This document shows, in pieces, positions 26,452 through 35,631 of a stretch of DNA of 64,000 nt; positions within the stretch are counted from its first letter, which is position 1, and each line of letters starts with the position of its first letter. A program made the translations under genes and the position numbers. The notes below the pieces were generated by a model. The model had not been told where the DNA came from. It worked only from the letters and a program-made list of their open reading frames with translations, and ran no database searches. Where the stretch lies: assembly GCA_035511075.1 (NCBI GenBank), contig DATKFW010000150.1, positions 26,960-90,959 of the forward strand. The letters are read 5' to 3'. This stretch comes from Vulcanimicrobiaceae bacterium. Lineage in GTDB: Bacteria > Verrucomicrobiota > Verrucomicrobiia > Limisphaerales > Palsa-1400.

Positions 26452-28425
26452 TTACGAGCCGACGTTGGCCAGTTCCTCGTTGGTGGCCGCGTTGACGATT
26501 TTGAACTGTTCGGCGTGAAAAGTCGGTTCCGGTCGGAACGAAAGTTTGCCGAAGTACCGCTTCTCCATTTCAATGATGAGCTTCTCGTCCTCGGTGCGGA
26601 GGCGTTCCAGAACGGTCGGGTGGACGGCGATCCGGAGCTGGAAGTCGGAGTCGTCGCGAGAACGTTTTTTGAGGATTTCGTTGAGCTTACGCTGGATTTC
26701 CACGCTCATGGTGATGGCACTCTTGACCTTGCCGCGGCCCTTGCAATAGGGACAGTCGTCATAAACGGCCGAGCGGACGCTTTCAGAATGGCGCTGGCGG
26801 GTCATTTCCATCAAGCCAAGCTGGGAGATCGGCAGGACGTGGGTCCTGGCCTTGTCGCGGCGCAATCCATCCTTGATACGCTGATAGACCAATTGCTGGT
26901 CGCGGCGGGATTTCATGTCGATGAAGTCGAGAACGATCAGGCCGCCCATGTTGCGCAGGCGCAATTGCCGGCAAATCTCGTCGGCGGCCTCCTGGTTGAC
27001 GCGCAGGATGGTCGATTCCTGGTCGCGGCTGCCTTTGTGGCGGCCGGTGTTGACGTCGATGGCGACGAGGGCCTCGGTTTCATCCATGACGATGTAGCCG
27101 CCGCTCTTTAAATGGACCTGGCGGGAGAAGGCGTTCTCCAGTTGGCGCGAGATATTGAAGTGATCGAAAATGGGGCGGTGCTCGTTGTAAAGTTTGACCT
27201 TATTGGCAGCCCGGGTTGAGACGCGCGAGATCATGGCCCGCATCCGATCATAGGCCGAGGTGGTATCGACGACGACGCGGGCGACGTCCTCGGTGAGGAA
27301 ATCGCGGACGGTCCGTTCGATCAAATCCGGCTCCTGGAAGACACAGGTGGCGGGGGACTGAGTTTTGATCTTCTGCTGAATTTCGGTCCATTGGTCCATC
27401 AGCAAGGCGAGGTCGAGGATGAAGTAACGTTTTTGCTGGCCTTCCCCGGCGGTGCGCATGATGACGCCCATGCCCTCGGGGATATTGATTTCGCGCAGGA
27501 TTTTTTTGAGGCGCTGGCGTTCCTCGGGGTTCTCGATTTTGCGTGAAATGCCGCTTTGATCGGAATTGGGAAGGAGAATGAGGTAACGGCCCGGCAGGGT
27601 GAGATTGGTGGTCACGCGGGGCCCTTTGGTGCCGATAGGGCCTTTGGTGACCTGCACGATGATCTCGCTTCCCGGGGGGTAAAGGCGCGGGATGTCCTTT
27701 TGGGTGACCCGGGGGCGGTCGCGCCGTTTGGGTTCGGCGCGCTCGACGACTTCGACGCCGCTGTCAAAACTGGGAACAATGTCCCAATAGTGAAGGAAGG
27801 CGTTTTTCTCGAAACCGATATCGACAAACGCGGCCTTAAGGCCGTCCTCCAAATTGCGCACCTTGCCCTTGAAGATGCTGCCCACGAGGCGCTCTTCGGT
27901 GGTGCGTTCGATGGTGAATTCCTCGAGGCGCCCGTTTTCCTGCACAGCGATGCGGGTTTCCAGGGATTCGGCGTTGATAATGATTTCCTTGTGCGTTTTT
28001 TCCTCGGGCTTGATGAACCGCTGGACCTTTCGGATGACTTTGTCGGCGGCGTGCCTGATGGAATTGACCAGGCCCTGGGGCTGGGCCTGAATGGGAACGG
28101 GCTCGTACTTCTCCTCCTGGACTTCAGCCGGCGTCTCCAACCGCGGTTTGCGGAAGGCGCCGCGTTTGTTGCGCCCTTCGTCTTCGGCGGGCCGGTCCGG
28201 TTCGGCGGGCTGCGGGGCCTGGGGCGGCAAGCCGGCGGCGATGTTTTCGGCCCGTTCGATTTCGTCATCGTGCCTGCCGCGTTCGAAAATGTTTTCGGTT
28301 TTTTTTTCGCCCGTGGCTTCGGCGCGGGCCTGCTGGGCGGAGCGGTCCGGCTTTTGGTTCAAGCCGCCGCTGGGGCGAAAGCGCATGCCGCCGCGGCGGC
28401 GCCTGGAAAAATTTCTATCACTCAT
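26452..28425 (-). CDS. Ribonuclease E/G family
   Basis: S1 domain GSIFKGKV..AAFVDIG, VQVTK.PIGTKGPR, IDVNTG, RQLRLRNMGGLIVLDFIDM, CPYCKG; Arg-rich N-terminal extension. Confidence 0.95.
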   Translation of the reverse strand: MSDRNFSRRRRGGMRFRPSGGLNQKPDRSAQQARAEATGEKKTENIFERGRHDDEIERAENIAAGLPPQAPQPAEPDRPAEDEGRNKRGAFRKPRLETPAEVQEEKYEPVPIQAQPQGLVNSIRHAADKVIRKVQRFIKPEEKTHKEIIINAESLETRIAVQENGRLEEFTIERTTEERLVGSIFKGKVRNLEDGLKAAFVDIGFEKNAFLHYWDIVPSFDSGVEVVERAEPKRRDRPRVTQKDIPRLYPPGSEIIVQVTKGPIGTKGPRVTTNLTLPGRYLILLPNSDQSGISRKIENPEERQRLKKILREINIPEGMGVIMRTAGEGQQKRYFILDLALLMDQWTEIQQKIKTQSPATCVFQEPDLIERTVRDFLTEDVARVVVDTTSAYDRMRAMISRVSTRAANKVKLYNEHRPIFDHFNISRQLENAFSRQVHLKSGGYIVMDETEALVAIDVNTGRHKGSRDQESTILRVNQEAADEICRQLRLRNMGGLIVLDFIDMKSRRDQQLVYQRIKDGLRRDKARTHVLPISQLGLMEMTRQRHSESVRSAVYDDCPYCKGRGKVKSAITMSVEIQRKLNEILKKRSRDDSDFQLRIAVHPTVLERLRTEDEKLIIEMEKRYFGKLSFRPEPTFHAEQFKIVNAATNEELANVGS

Positions 28426-28428
28426 AAT

Positions 28429-29577
28429 TTAATAAGACCTCCGATAAATGTGGACGTTGTGCAAAATGCCGATGGCGATCAGAGAGCATACCACCGAGGA
28501 CCCGCCGTAACTGAGGAGAGGCAACGGGATGCCCGTCACGGGCATTAAGCGAATATTCATACCGATGTTGATAAAGACGTGGCAAAACAACAGCGTCACC
28601 ACGCCTACTGCCAGAAGTTGGCCAAGGCGATCGCGCGCCTGGGCGGCAATTTTGATCCCGCAAAACAGGAGCGCCGAATAGAGCGTCAGGACCACGACGC
28701 TTCCCACAAAGCCTTCCTCCTCGGCAATGACCGAGAAAATGAAATCGTTGTGTGCTCCTTCTATGGGCAGGAAACCAAGGGAATGTTGCGTTCCCTGTCC
28801 CCACCCTTTCCCTGTCAAACCCCCGGAACCCACGGAGATGAGGGCCTGCTCGACATTGTAGCCGGAGCCTCCCTGCGCTTTGTCGCGTCCCAAATAGGTC
28901 AGGACGCGGGTTCTCTGATAGGATTCGATGATCTTGAATTTGGCGGGCAAGAAGAGGATTGCCGCCACGATCAAGACCACCAAAAGGCCAATCCCGCCGG
29001 CCAATCCCGCCAGCATGCGTTTGGGCACCCCCGCCATAAACATCATTGACAGGCTGACGGCAAGGAAAACCAATGCCGAACCGAGGTCCGGCTCCTTCAA
29101 AATCAAGACGAACGGCAACAGGGTAAATCCCACTGCCGCAAAAAACACCCTGGCCGAGCGCAATTCCTCCCTTGGCCGGCTCAAAAAACTGGCCAGCCAT
29201 AATATAAAGGCAATTTTTGAGAATTCCGAGGGCTGCAAGCTAAACCCCCCGAGGTTGATCCAACGCTTGCCCCCGTGGTGCATGGTGCCGATTGCAAACA
29301 ACGCCACCAGGACGACGATCGATCCCCAATAATAAACCGCCGCCCAGCGCGCTATTCTGGTGTACTCGACCGCGCAAAATGCCACCGCGGCGCCCAATCC
29401 GAGGACGTACCAGATAATCTGGCGCACATATTCCTGGCGGTACCAGGCCACCTGCGGCACGCGCCCGGCCGTGACGCTGTAAATGAACGCGGTGCCGATC
29501 AGCATCAAGCCAATGGTGGCGCCGAACAGCGGCCAATCAAACTCACTCTTTTTTTCGTTGAGACGCGGGTCGTACAT
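28429..29577 (-). CDS. rodA: Rod shape-determining SEDS peptidoglycan glycosyltransferase
   Basis: KRWI, LQPSEF.K, EPDLGS, YQR.R, GSGGLTGKG, HNDFIF, GIPLPLLSYGGSS. Confidence 0.95.
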   Translation of the reverse strand: MYDPRLNEKKSEFDWPLFGATIGLMLIGTAFIYSVTAGRVPQVAWYRQEYVRQIIWYVLGLGAAVAFCAVEYTRIARWAAVYYWGSIVVLVALFAIGTMHHGGKRWINLGGFSLQPSEFSKIAFILWLASFLSRPREELRSARVFFAAVGFTLLPFVLILKEPDLGSALVFLAVSLSMMFMAGVPKRMLAGLAGGIGLLVVLIVAAILFLPAKFKIIESYQRTRVLTYLGRDKAQGGSGYNVEQALISVGSGGLTGKGWGQGTQHSLGFLPIEGAHNDFIFSVIAEEEGFVGSVVVLTLYSALLFCGIKIAAQARDRLGQLLAVGVVTLLFCHVFINIGMNIRLMPVTGIPLPLLSYGGSSVVCSLIAIGILHNVHIYRRSY

Positions 29578-29578
29578 T

Positions 29579-31582
29579 TCAGTTGTGGGCCAGGGTTGCC
29601 GGCCTGGGCAAACCGGATTGCTCCCGTTTTAGAATTGCCTGATAAATCTGCCTTGCGACCGGCGCGCACGTCGGGCCGCCAAAATCCCCGTCTTCAACCA
29701 TCACCACCACGACATACCGCGGGTTCTCGAACGGGCCGTAGGAATCAAACCAGGTAATTCTCTTGTAATTGCTGCCGGGCGATTTGACTTCCGCCGTTCC
29801 AGTCTTGCCCGCCACGCGGAAGTCCCCCAAGTAAGGCGTCCCGCCGTCGTGGTGAAACCAGTCGTACGCCGTCCCGCCGCGCGCCGCGAGGCCGGTCCCC
29901 TCGGACGGACGCTCCGTGTCGGCGAGCATCGCCCGCCGAATAAGATCGAGGTGCCGGGGATCGATTTGCACGCGGTCGCGCAGACGGCCCTGCGCAACCA
30001 GTTGCGCGATCTGGCCCGTGTCGGGGGAACGATCATGGCTGACGACGCGCGGCCAGTAGAGGGCGCCGCCGTTGGCGATGGCGGAAATCACGCAGGCCAT
30101 TTGCAACGGCGTCGTTGTGATTTCCTGTCCAATGCAGACATCTGGCGTGCTGCTCAACGGAAACGAAAGGCCGGCGCTTTCCGGCAGGGGGACATTCCCC
30201 GGGGTGGCCTCCTGTCCGGTTGAGATTCGGGTCCTCTCGCCCAAATGGAAGCGACGGGCCACCTCGAGGATTTTGGCCAGGCCCGCCTTCATTCCGTAGT
30301 GGATGAAATAGGTGTTGCTCGAACGGTAAAACGCGCGCTCGAAATTGAATTTTCCCGCGCCCGCCGTGTCGCCAATAAAACTGGAGGGACCGGTGCGATA
30401 TTCGCCAGGGCTGTCAAATACTTCCTCCGGGTCCAGGCCGCTCTCCAGGCAGGCGATGGCGGTGATGATCTTGAAAGTGGAACCGGGCGGATAAGCCCCG
30501 CTGACGGCGCGATTGACCTGCGGGGTGAATATCTTGTCCTCCAGACGTGCCGCTTCGGCGGGCGTCGTGGGGGGATGACCGGGCACAAATTCATTGGGAT
30601 CGAAGGTTGGGGCGGAGGCGATGGCCAGGATGTCTCCGTTTCGGGGGTCCATGACAATGGCGGCGCCGCGGGTTTGATATTGGGCGGAGGCGAGGGCCTT
30701 TTCGGTGGCGCGCTGCAAGGCCAGGTCGATGGTCAGAAAGACATCGTCGCCGGGCTGGTTTGGAGATTCGATGTTTTCGCTCTGACGGTAGTTGAGATTG
30801 TTGACAAGAACAGAGGTGACGCCTGGCTGGCCGCGCAATTCCTCGTCACAGACCCGTTCCACGCCGCTGACTCCGACGTAGTCCGGCATGTCAAAGGAGA
30901 TTTCCGCTCCCACGGAGTCATCGCGCCGCTGGACGTAACCCAGAAGGTTGGCGGCCAGTGAGCCGTAGGGATAGACGCGCACCGGCTGGGTCTCCAATTC
31001 CAGTGCAGGCTGGCCGGACAATTGCTCGGCGAAGATGGCGATCTGTCTCGGGGCAAGGTCTGGAACGATTTGAAAGGGAACATAAGGATAATCGTTGTAA
31101 TGCCTGAGAAAGCCATTGGTGTTGAGCACGCGCGGTTCCTTCAGGGACGTGCTGACGCAGTAGGTGATGTTGCTGACAACATCGCAATCGGCCGCCAATT
31201 GGAGGGAGCGCCGCATTGCGGGCGAGAGATTGATTCTGCCCCTGGCGGTGACGGCTTCCGGGTGCTCGTTGGTGTAGAGTCTGGTCAGGCGCCGATTCTG
31301 GGCAGTGAACTGGTCCTGCAAATCTTCCAGGTAGAGAATCGCGTTGTAACGGGGCTGGTCTTCTGCCAGGACCTGGCCGTTGCGATCGAGAATTTTTCCG
31401 CGGATGGCCGGGGTGTGGACCGTGCGATAGGATTGGCGAATGAGATTATTCTGGAAGCGTTTGGCGCAAACGATTTGCACGAACCACAAACCGGCCAGCA
31501 AGATCAGCATCCCCGCAGCCACGGCGACGGCAATCGGCCGCAATCGCCGGTCGTCCTGCTTCAATATATCGAATACAAACAT
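29579..31582 (-). CDS. mrdA: Penicillin-binding protein 2
   Basis: RGKILDRNG; SxxK (GSTFK), SxN (SSN) and KTG motifs; position in the mre operon. Confidence 0.92.
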   Translation of the reverse strand: MFVFDILKQDDRRLRPIAVAVAAGMLILLAGLWFVQIVCAKRFQNNLIRQSYRTVHTPAIRGKILDRNGQVLAEDQPRYNAILYLEDLQDQFTAQNRRLTRLYTNEHPEAVTARGRINLSPAMRRSLQLAADCDVVSNITYCVSTSLKEPRVLNTNGFLRHYNDYPYVPFQIVPDLAPRQIAIFAEQLSGQPALELETQPVRVYPYGSLAANLLGYVQRRDDSVGAEISFDMPDYVGVSGVERVCDEELRGQPGVTSVLVNNLNYRQSENIESPNQPGDDVFLTIDLALQRATEKALASAQYQTRGAAIVMDPRNGDILAIASAPTFDPNEFVPGHPPTTPAEAARLEDKIFTPQVNRAVSGAYPPGSTFKIITAIACLESGLDPEEVFDSPGEYRTGPSSFIGDTAGAGKFNFERAFYRSSNTYFIHYGMKAGLAKILEVARRFHLGERTRISTGQEATPGNVPLPESAGLSFPLSSTPDVCIGQEITTTPLQMACVISAIANGGALYWPRVVSHDRSPDTGQIAQLVAQGRLRDRVQIDPRHLDLIRRAMLADTERPSEGTGLAARGGTAYDWFHHDGGTPYLGDFRVAGKTGTAEVKSPGSNYKRITWFDSYGPFENPRYVVVVMVEDGDFGGPTCAPVARQIYQAILKREQSGLPRPATLAHN

Positions 31583-31584
31583 GG

Positions 31585-32136
31585 CTACATGCGCCCCCGT
31601 TTTATTTCGCGGTCGGGCCGGAAACTCGATTGCGTCTCGCGTGGGTAATCGAAAGCGTGGTACAGCCGGTCAAACAGCACGAAGCACAGCGGCGTGAGAA
31701 AGCCTCCGGCCAACGCCATGACCAGCCATTGCCAGAGGGAAATCCAGCCCAATAGCGGTGCTGCGCCGAAGTTGAGCAGAATGAAGAGCGTGCCCAGCGG
31801 TTGAAGCGCCGCGGCCGAAATCCCCAGGACCACCTGGGCAAAGGTGTGTTCGCGCAGGAGAAGGTCGCGGCAACTGTAAATAGCCACGCCAATGACCAAC
31901 AACGGCAAAACGCTGGCGCCCAATGGATTCAATGACAGGGAATCAAACCACAATCCACCGCAGACGGCCAGGAGTGTGATTGTGGCGATGCCGTTGGTCA
32001 GGGCCGTATAGACCATCAACGCCGGGAGGAGGTCAATTTGCGCCCCCAACCAATGGCGGGGGAGATCGCAGGCGCCTTCCAAAAACACGGCCACAAACGC
32101 CACCGCCAAAATAAAAATGGAATGCAGCCGGTTCAT
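31585..32136 (-). CDS. mreD: Rod shape-determining protein MreD
   Basis: Hydrophobic 183 aa with GLWFDSLS..PLG; lies between mreC and mrdA. Confidence 0.85.
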   Translation of the reverse strand: MNRLHSIFILAVAFVAVFLEGACDLPRHWLGAQIDLLPALMVYTALTNGIATITLLAVCGGLWFDSLSLNPLGASVLPLLVIGVAIYSCRDLLLREHTFAQVVLGISAAALQPLGTLFILLNFGAAPLLGWISLWQWLVMALAGGFLTPLCFVLFDRLYHAFDYPRETQSSFRPDREIKRGRM

Positions 32137-32939
32137 GGAAGCATCACCCAGACCTCCTCCAATGCGCCCAGGTTTGCGGCCAGCTTAACCCGGGCTTCCA
32201 TGGAAAGGCCGTATTCCTTGGGGCGCGTATCGACAATCCTTCCGATTGGAATGCCGCCGGGAAACACGCCGCCGGCGCCCCATGTGACTACGGCTTGTCC
32301 CGGACGCACGGGACTGTTGCCGGAAAGCAAATCCAGATCGATCATCCCCTGTTCCTGCGGCAGTGATGAACTGGCGGTGATAATGCCGGTTTCCTCATTT
32401 GTTTCGACAAGGGCGGCAACGCGAAGCTCGGGATCGCCAAGGACGATGACTTGGGAACGGGTTTGGGAGACGCTTTGAATGCGGCCCACCAGTCCGTCGG
32501 CCGTCAGGACGGGCAGGTTGGTGCGGATGCCGTCGCGCGCGCCCAGATCGATCTGCAAACTGCGCCACCAGTTGGCCGGGTCGCGGGCGATAACGCGGGC
32601 GAGTTTGACCCTCCATCGGGTTTGGCGTTGCCAGCCGGCGGCGGCGCGCAATCGGTCATTCTCCCGCCAGAGGTTGGAGTCCTGCTCCAATTGAATTTTC
32701 TGTTGCTGATTTTCAGATTGGAGTTGGTCGATTTGCCGCAGCAAATCGCGTTTCGGGGTGAGGCCTTCCTGTGCTTGGCCGATCAACTCGTGAGTCGATC
32801 CGGCCAGGCCGAAGAGGGGCAGAAAAAGCCCGCTGACAGCCAGCTTGACCTTTCCCATTGTTTCCGCCGGCAGCTTGAGCAACGCCAGGACTACCAGGAC
32901 CACAATGACCAAAATAATATAATGCGGCTTCTTGAGCAT
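32133..32939 (-). CDS. mreC: Rod shape-determining protein MreC
   Basis: TM plus coiled coil (RENDRLR), ARVIARD, IDLG..DG, GLVGRI, GGVFPGGIPIG. Confidence 0.93.
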   Translation of the reverse strand: MLKKPHYIILVIVVLVVLALLKLPAETMGKVKLAVSGLFLPLFGLAGSTHELIGQAQEGLTPKRDLLRQIDQLQSENQQQKIQLEQDSNLWRENDRLRAAAGWQRQTRWRVKLARVIARDPANWWRSLQIDLGARDGIRTNLPVLTADGLVGRIQSVSQTRSQVIVLGDPELRVAALVETNEETGIITASSSLPQEQGMIDLDLLSGNSPVRPGQAVVTWGAGGVFPGGIPIGRIVDTRPKEYGLSMEARVKLAANLGALEEVWVMLP

Positions 32940-32997
32940 CTCGCCCTGTCCGCGCTTTGCCGGCGCGCAGGTTTTCTATTTTCCGGGCGAACAGGAA

Positions 32998-34023
32998 TCA
33001 ACTTCTCGAGGAAGCAACTCGTTTAAGAAATGCAAGCTCCTGGAGAACGCGACCGGTCCCTTCGGCGACCGCGCTCAGGGGATCGTCGGCGACATGCACC
33101 GGCAAACCGGTTTCTTTTGAGGTCAGACGGTCGATGCCGCGCAAAAGCGCGCCGCCGCCAGCCATCACGATGCCGCGCTCGATCAGATCGGCTGACAATT
33201 CCGGCGGGCAGCGTTCCAGGGTAATGCGAATACTTTCCAAAATGCTTGAGAGGGGTTCCTTCAAGGCTTCACGAATTTCTTCCGAGCGGATGGATAACGT
33301 TCTGGGCAAACCGGCGCTTAAATCGCGCCCTCTGACTTCCATCGTTAATTCCTGCTCCAGCGGAAAGGCCGATCCAACACGGATCTTGATTTCCTCCGCT
33401 GTGCGTTCGCCAATCATAAGATTGTAGGCCCGTTTCATGTGCGCCACAATGGTTTCATCGAACTCATCGCCTCCGACGCGCAAGCTGCGGCTGAAAACAA
33501 TTCCAGCCAGGGAAATGATCGCGATTTCACAGGTGCCTCCTCCAATATCGACGATCATGTTTCCCGCCGGTTCATGGACAGGAAGACCGACGCCAATGGC
33601 TGAAGCCATGGGCTGCTCGATCAAGTAAACTTCGCGCGCGCCGGCATGAGTAGCAGAATCCTTAACAGCCCGTTTTTCCACTTCGGTAATTCCGGAAGGA
33701 ACGGCGACGACGACCCGGGGAGCAATCAATTTGCGGTGATGCACTCTTTGAATGAAGTGCCGCAGCATCGCCTCGGTGATCTCGAAGTCGGCGATAACGC
33801 CGTCTTTCATAGGACGAATGGCGACAATATTGCCCGGGGTGCGTCCCAACATGCGTTTGGCTTCCTCGCCCACCGCCAGCACATTAGTGGTGCCGGCCTC
33901 GATGGCCACAACGGAAGGTTCGCGGAGCACGATTCCCTGGTCTCTTACGTACACGAGGGAGTTGGCCGTGCCCAAGTCGATTCCGATATCGTTGGAAAAC
34001 AGGCTTTTAAGTTGCGCTAACAT
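32998..34023 (-). CDS. mreB: Actin-like protein MreB
   Basis: [38 protein letters not shown]. Confidence 0.98.
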   Translation of the reverse strand: MLAQLKSLFSNDIGIDLGTANSLVYVRDQGIVLREPSVVAIEAGTTNVLAVGEEAKRMLGRTPGNIVAIRPMKDGVIADFEITEAMLRHFIQRVHHRKLIAPRVVVAVPSGITEVEKRAVKDSATHAGAREVYLIEQPMASAIGVGLPVHEPAGNMIVDIGGGTCEIAIISLAGIVFSRSLRVGGDEFDETIVAHMKRAYNLMIGERTAEEIKIRVGSAFPLEQELTMEVRGRDLSAGLPRTLSIRSEEIREALKEPLSSILESIRITLERCPPELSADLIERGIVMAGGGALLRGIDRLTSKETGLPVHVADDPLSAVAEGTGRVLQELAFLKRVASSRS

Positions 34024-34047
34024 GAATCTTGCCTAGCAATGGCGTTA

Positions 34048-34075
34048 ACGTTACAAAACGGTGCCCCAGGGTCAA
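34048..34075 (-). promoter_or_regulatory. Putative sigma70 promoter of the mreB operon
   Basis: Minus strand TTGACC-N16-TAACGT, about 25 nt upstream of the mreB ATG. Confidence 0.5.
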
Positions 34076-34083
34076 GATTATTA

Positions 34084-34396
34084 GAACCCATCTCATAAAT
34101 AGGGGACGGGTGCGCTGGCTTGGAACGGGCCTCTCTCATCTGTTCTAACTCGACGAGGAAGCATAGTCAGGATTACTCTGTGACCGGGGAGCAACGCGGC
34201 CAGAGGCCCGTTCCAAGCCAGCCCGGAGGGTTGCCGGTTTTTGGGGCTGCGGCGGCGTTGCTCGTCAGTCGAAGATCGCCGCGGATTTTCTCCTTCCTCG
34301 AGTCAGTACAGAGAAAAGCTGCCCGCGTTGCGGGCTGCCTTGCCGCAGGCCCAAATCCCTGGCAACGCACCCATCCCCTGTTTATGAGATGGGTTC
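34084..34396. mobile_element. 313-bp non-coding MITE-like element with nested hairpins
   Basis: 31-bp terminal inverted repeats GAACCCATCTCATAAA(T/C)AGGGGA(C/T)GGGTGCG (34084-34114 / 34366-34396, 2 mismatches). Perfect inner 21-bp IR at 34114-34134 / 34202-34222. Second imperfect IR at about 34231-34365. Confidence 0.8.
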
Positions 34397-34428
34397 CAGA
34401 AGGACTGCTGAAATCCATTGCGACGCTA

Positions 34429-35511
34429 CTATTTGGGATTGGGAAATGCGCGGAGATATTGCACGGGTGGCGGACCCACCGCTCCGACCACTTGCGCCGC
34501 ATGGAGCGGCCAGTATGGATCACGCAGGAAAGCGCGCGCCAGCAGCACGAGATCCGCTTTTGCTCCGCGGATAATCGCGTCAGCCTGTTCCGGCTCGGTG
34601 ATCATTCCCACCGCTCCCGTGAGAATGCCGGCCTGACGTTTTATGCGCTCGGCGAAAGGCACCTGATAGCCGGGCGCGGCGGGAATCTGCGCGTACGGCA
34701 CCAAACCGCCCGACGAGCAATCGATCAGATCGACCCCTTTGTCGCGCAACAATGCCGCCAGCCGCACCGAATCATCGGCCGTCCAGCCGCCATCCACCCA
34801 ATCAGTTGCCGAAATACGCACCCATAACGGGAGGCGCTCCGGCCAAACAGCACGGACGGCGTCGGTCACTTCCAGCAGAAAGCGGACACGATTGTCGAAA
34901 GCGCCACCATAATCGTCGTCTCGCTGATTGGCTAAGGGCGAGAGAAATTCATGGAGCAAATAGCCATGCGCCGAATGCAGTTCCAAAACCTCGAACCCCG
35001 CGGCAAGCGCCCTGCGGGCGGCGGCTGCGAATGCCTGGGTCAAGTTCCCGATCTCTGTCCGGCTTAACGCGGCTGGGACGGGGTTGCCTTCGGTAAAGGC
35101 AATGGCGCTGGGTGCAACACACTGCCAGCCGCCCGCGCTGGGCGGTATGACACTTCCCCCATCCCACGGAACGTGGCAACTGGCTTTCCTGCCCGCATGG
35201 GCGAGTTGAATGCCGGGCACGCTCCCTTGCGATTTAATGAAGGCTGTAATGCGGGAGAGCATTTTTACGTGTTCGTCCTTCCATATTCCATGATCGCCAG
35301 GCGTGATGCGGCCACGGGCTTCAACGGCGGACGCTTCGACCATCACCAGCCCCGCTCCGCCGACGGCGCGGCTGCCCAAATGGACCAAGTGCCAGTCATT
35401 GGCGAAGCCGTCTTCGCTGGAGTATTGGCACATGGGCGAGACTGCGATGCGGTTGCGCAATGTGATTTCGCGAATGGTGATTGGCGTAAAAAGATGCGGC
35501 ACATCCATCAT
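34429..35511 (-). CDS. NADH:flavin oxidoreductase / Old Yellow Enzyme, YqjM (NamA) type
   Basis: NRIAVSPMCQYS, GIQLAHAGRKA, ELHSAHGYLLHEFLSP, RISATDW, LLARAFLRDPYWP. Confidence 0.93.
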   Translation of the reverse strand: MMDVPHLFTPITIREITLRNRIAVSPMCQYSSEDGFANDWHLVHLGSRAVGGAGLVMVEASAVEARGRITPGDHGIWKDEHVKMLSRITAFIKSQGSVPGIQLAHAGRKASCHVPWDGGSVIPPSAGGWQCVAPSAIAFTEGNPVPAALSRTEIGNLTQAFAAAARRALAAGFEVLELHSAHGYLLHEFLSPLANQRDDDYGGAFDNRVRFLLEVTDAVRAVWPERLPLWVRISATDWVDGGWTADDSVRLAALLRDKGVDLIDCSSGGLVPYAQIPAAPGYQVPFAERIKRQAGILTGAVGMITEPEQADAIIRGAKADLVLLARAFLRDPYWPLHAAQVVGAVGPPPVQYLRAFPNPK

Positions 35512-35631
35512 GGTCCACGATAGGCCAGGCTCCGAAAACTTCCAGAACACTTTTGCGCCTCGAGTTCACGGTTTCGCGGCGCCGGCAAAAGAACTTTAAA
35601 ATTCTGCGCGCAATCCTTACTCTGCGCCGGA

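Noticed and set aside
34114-34222. Long hairpin considered as 6S or SRP RNA
   Set aside because: It is embedded in a larger TIR-bounded element with a sister hairpin, and I saw no SRP or 6S hallmarks. An Rfam scan would settle it.
34120-34827. 235-aa ORF across the palindromic element
   Set aside because: No transposase motifs; it overlaps the MITE and is antisense to the OYE gene.
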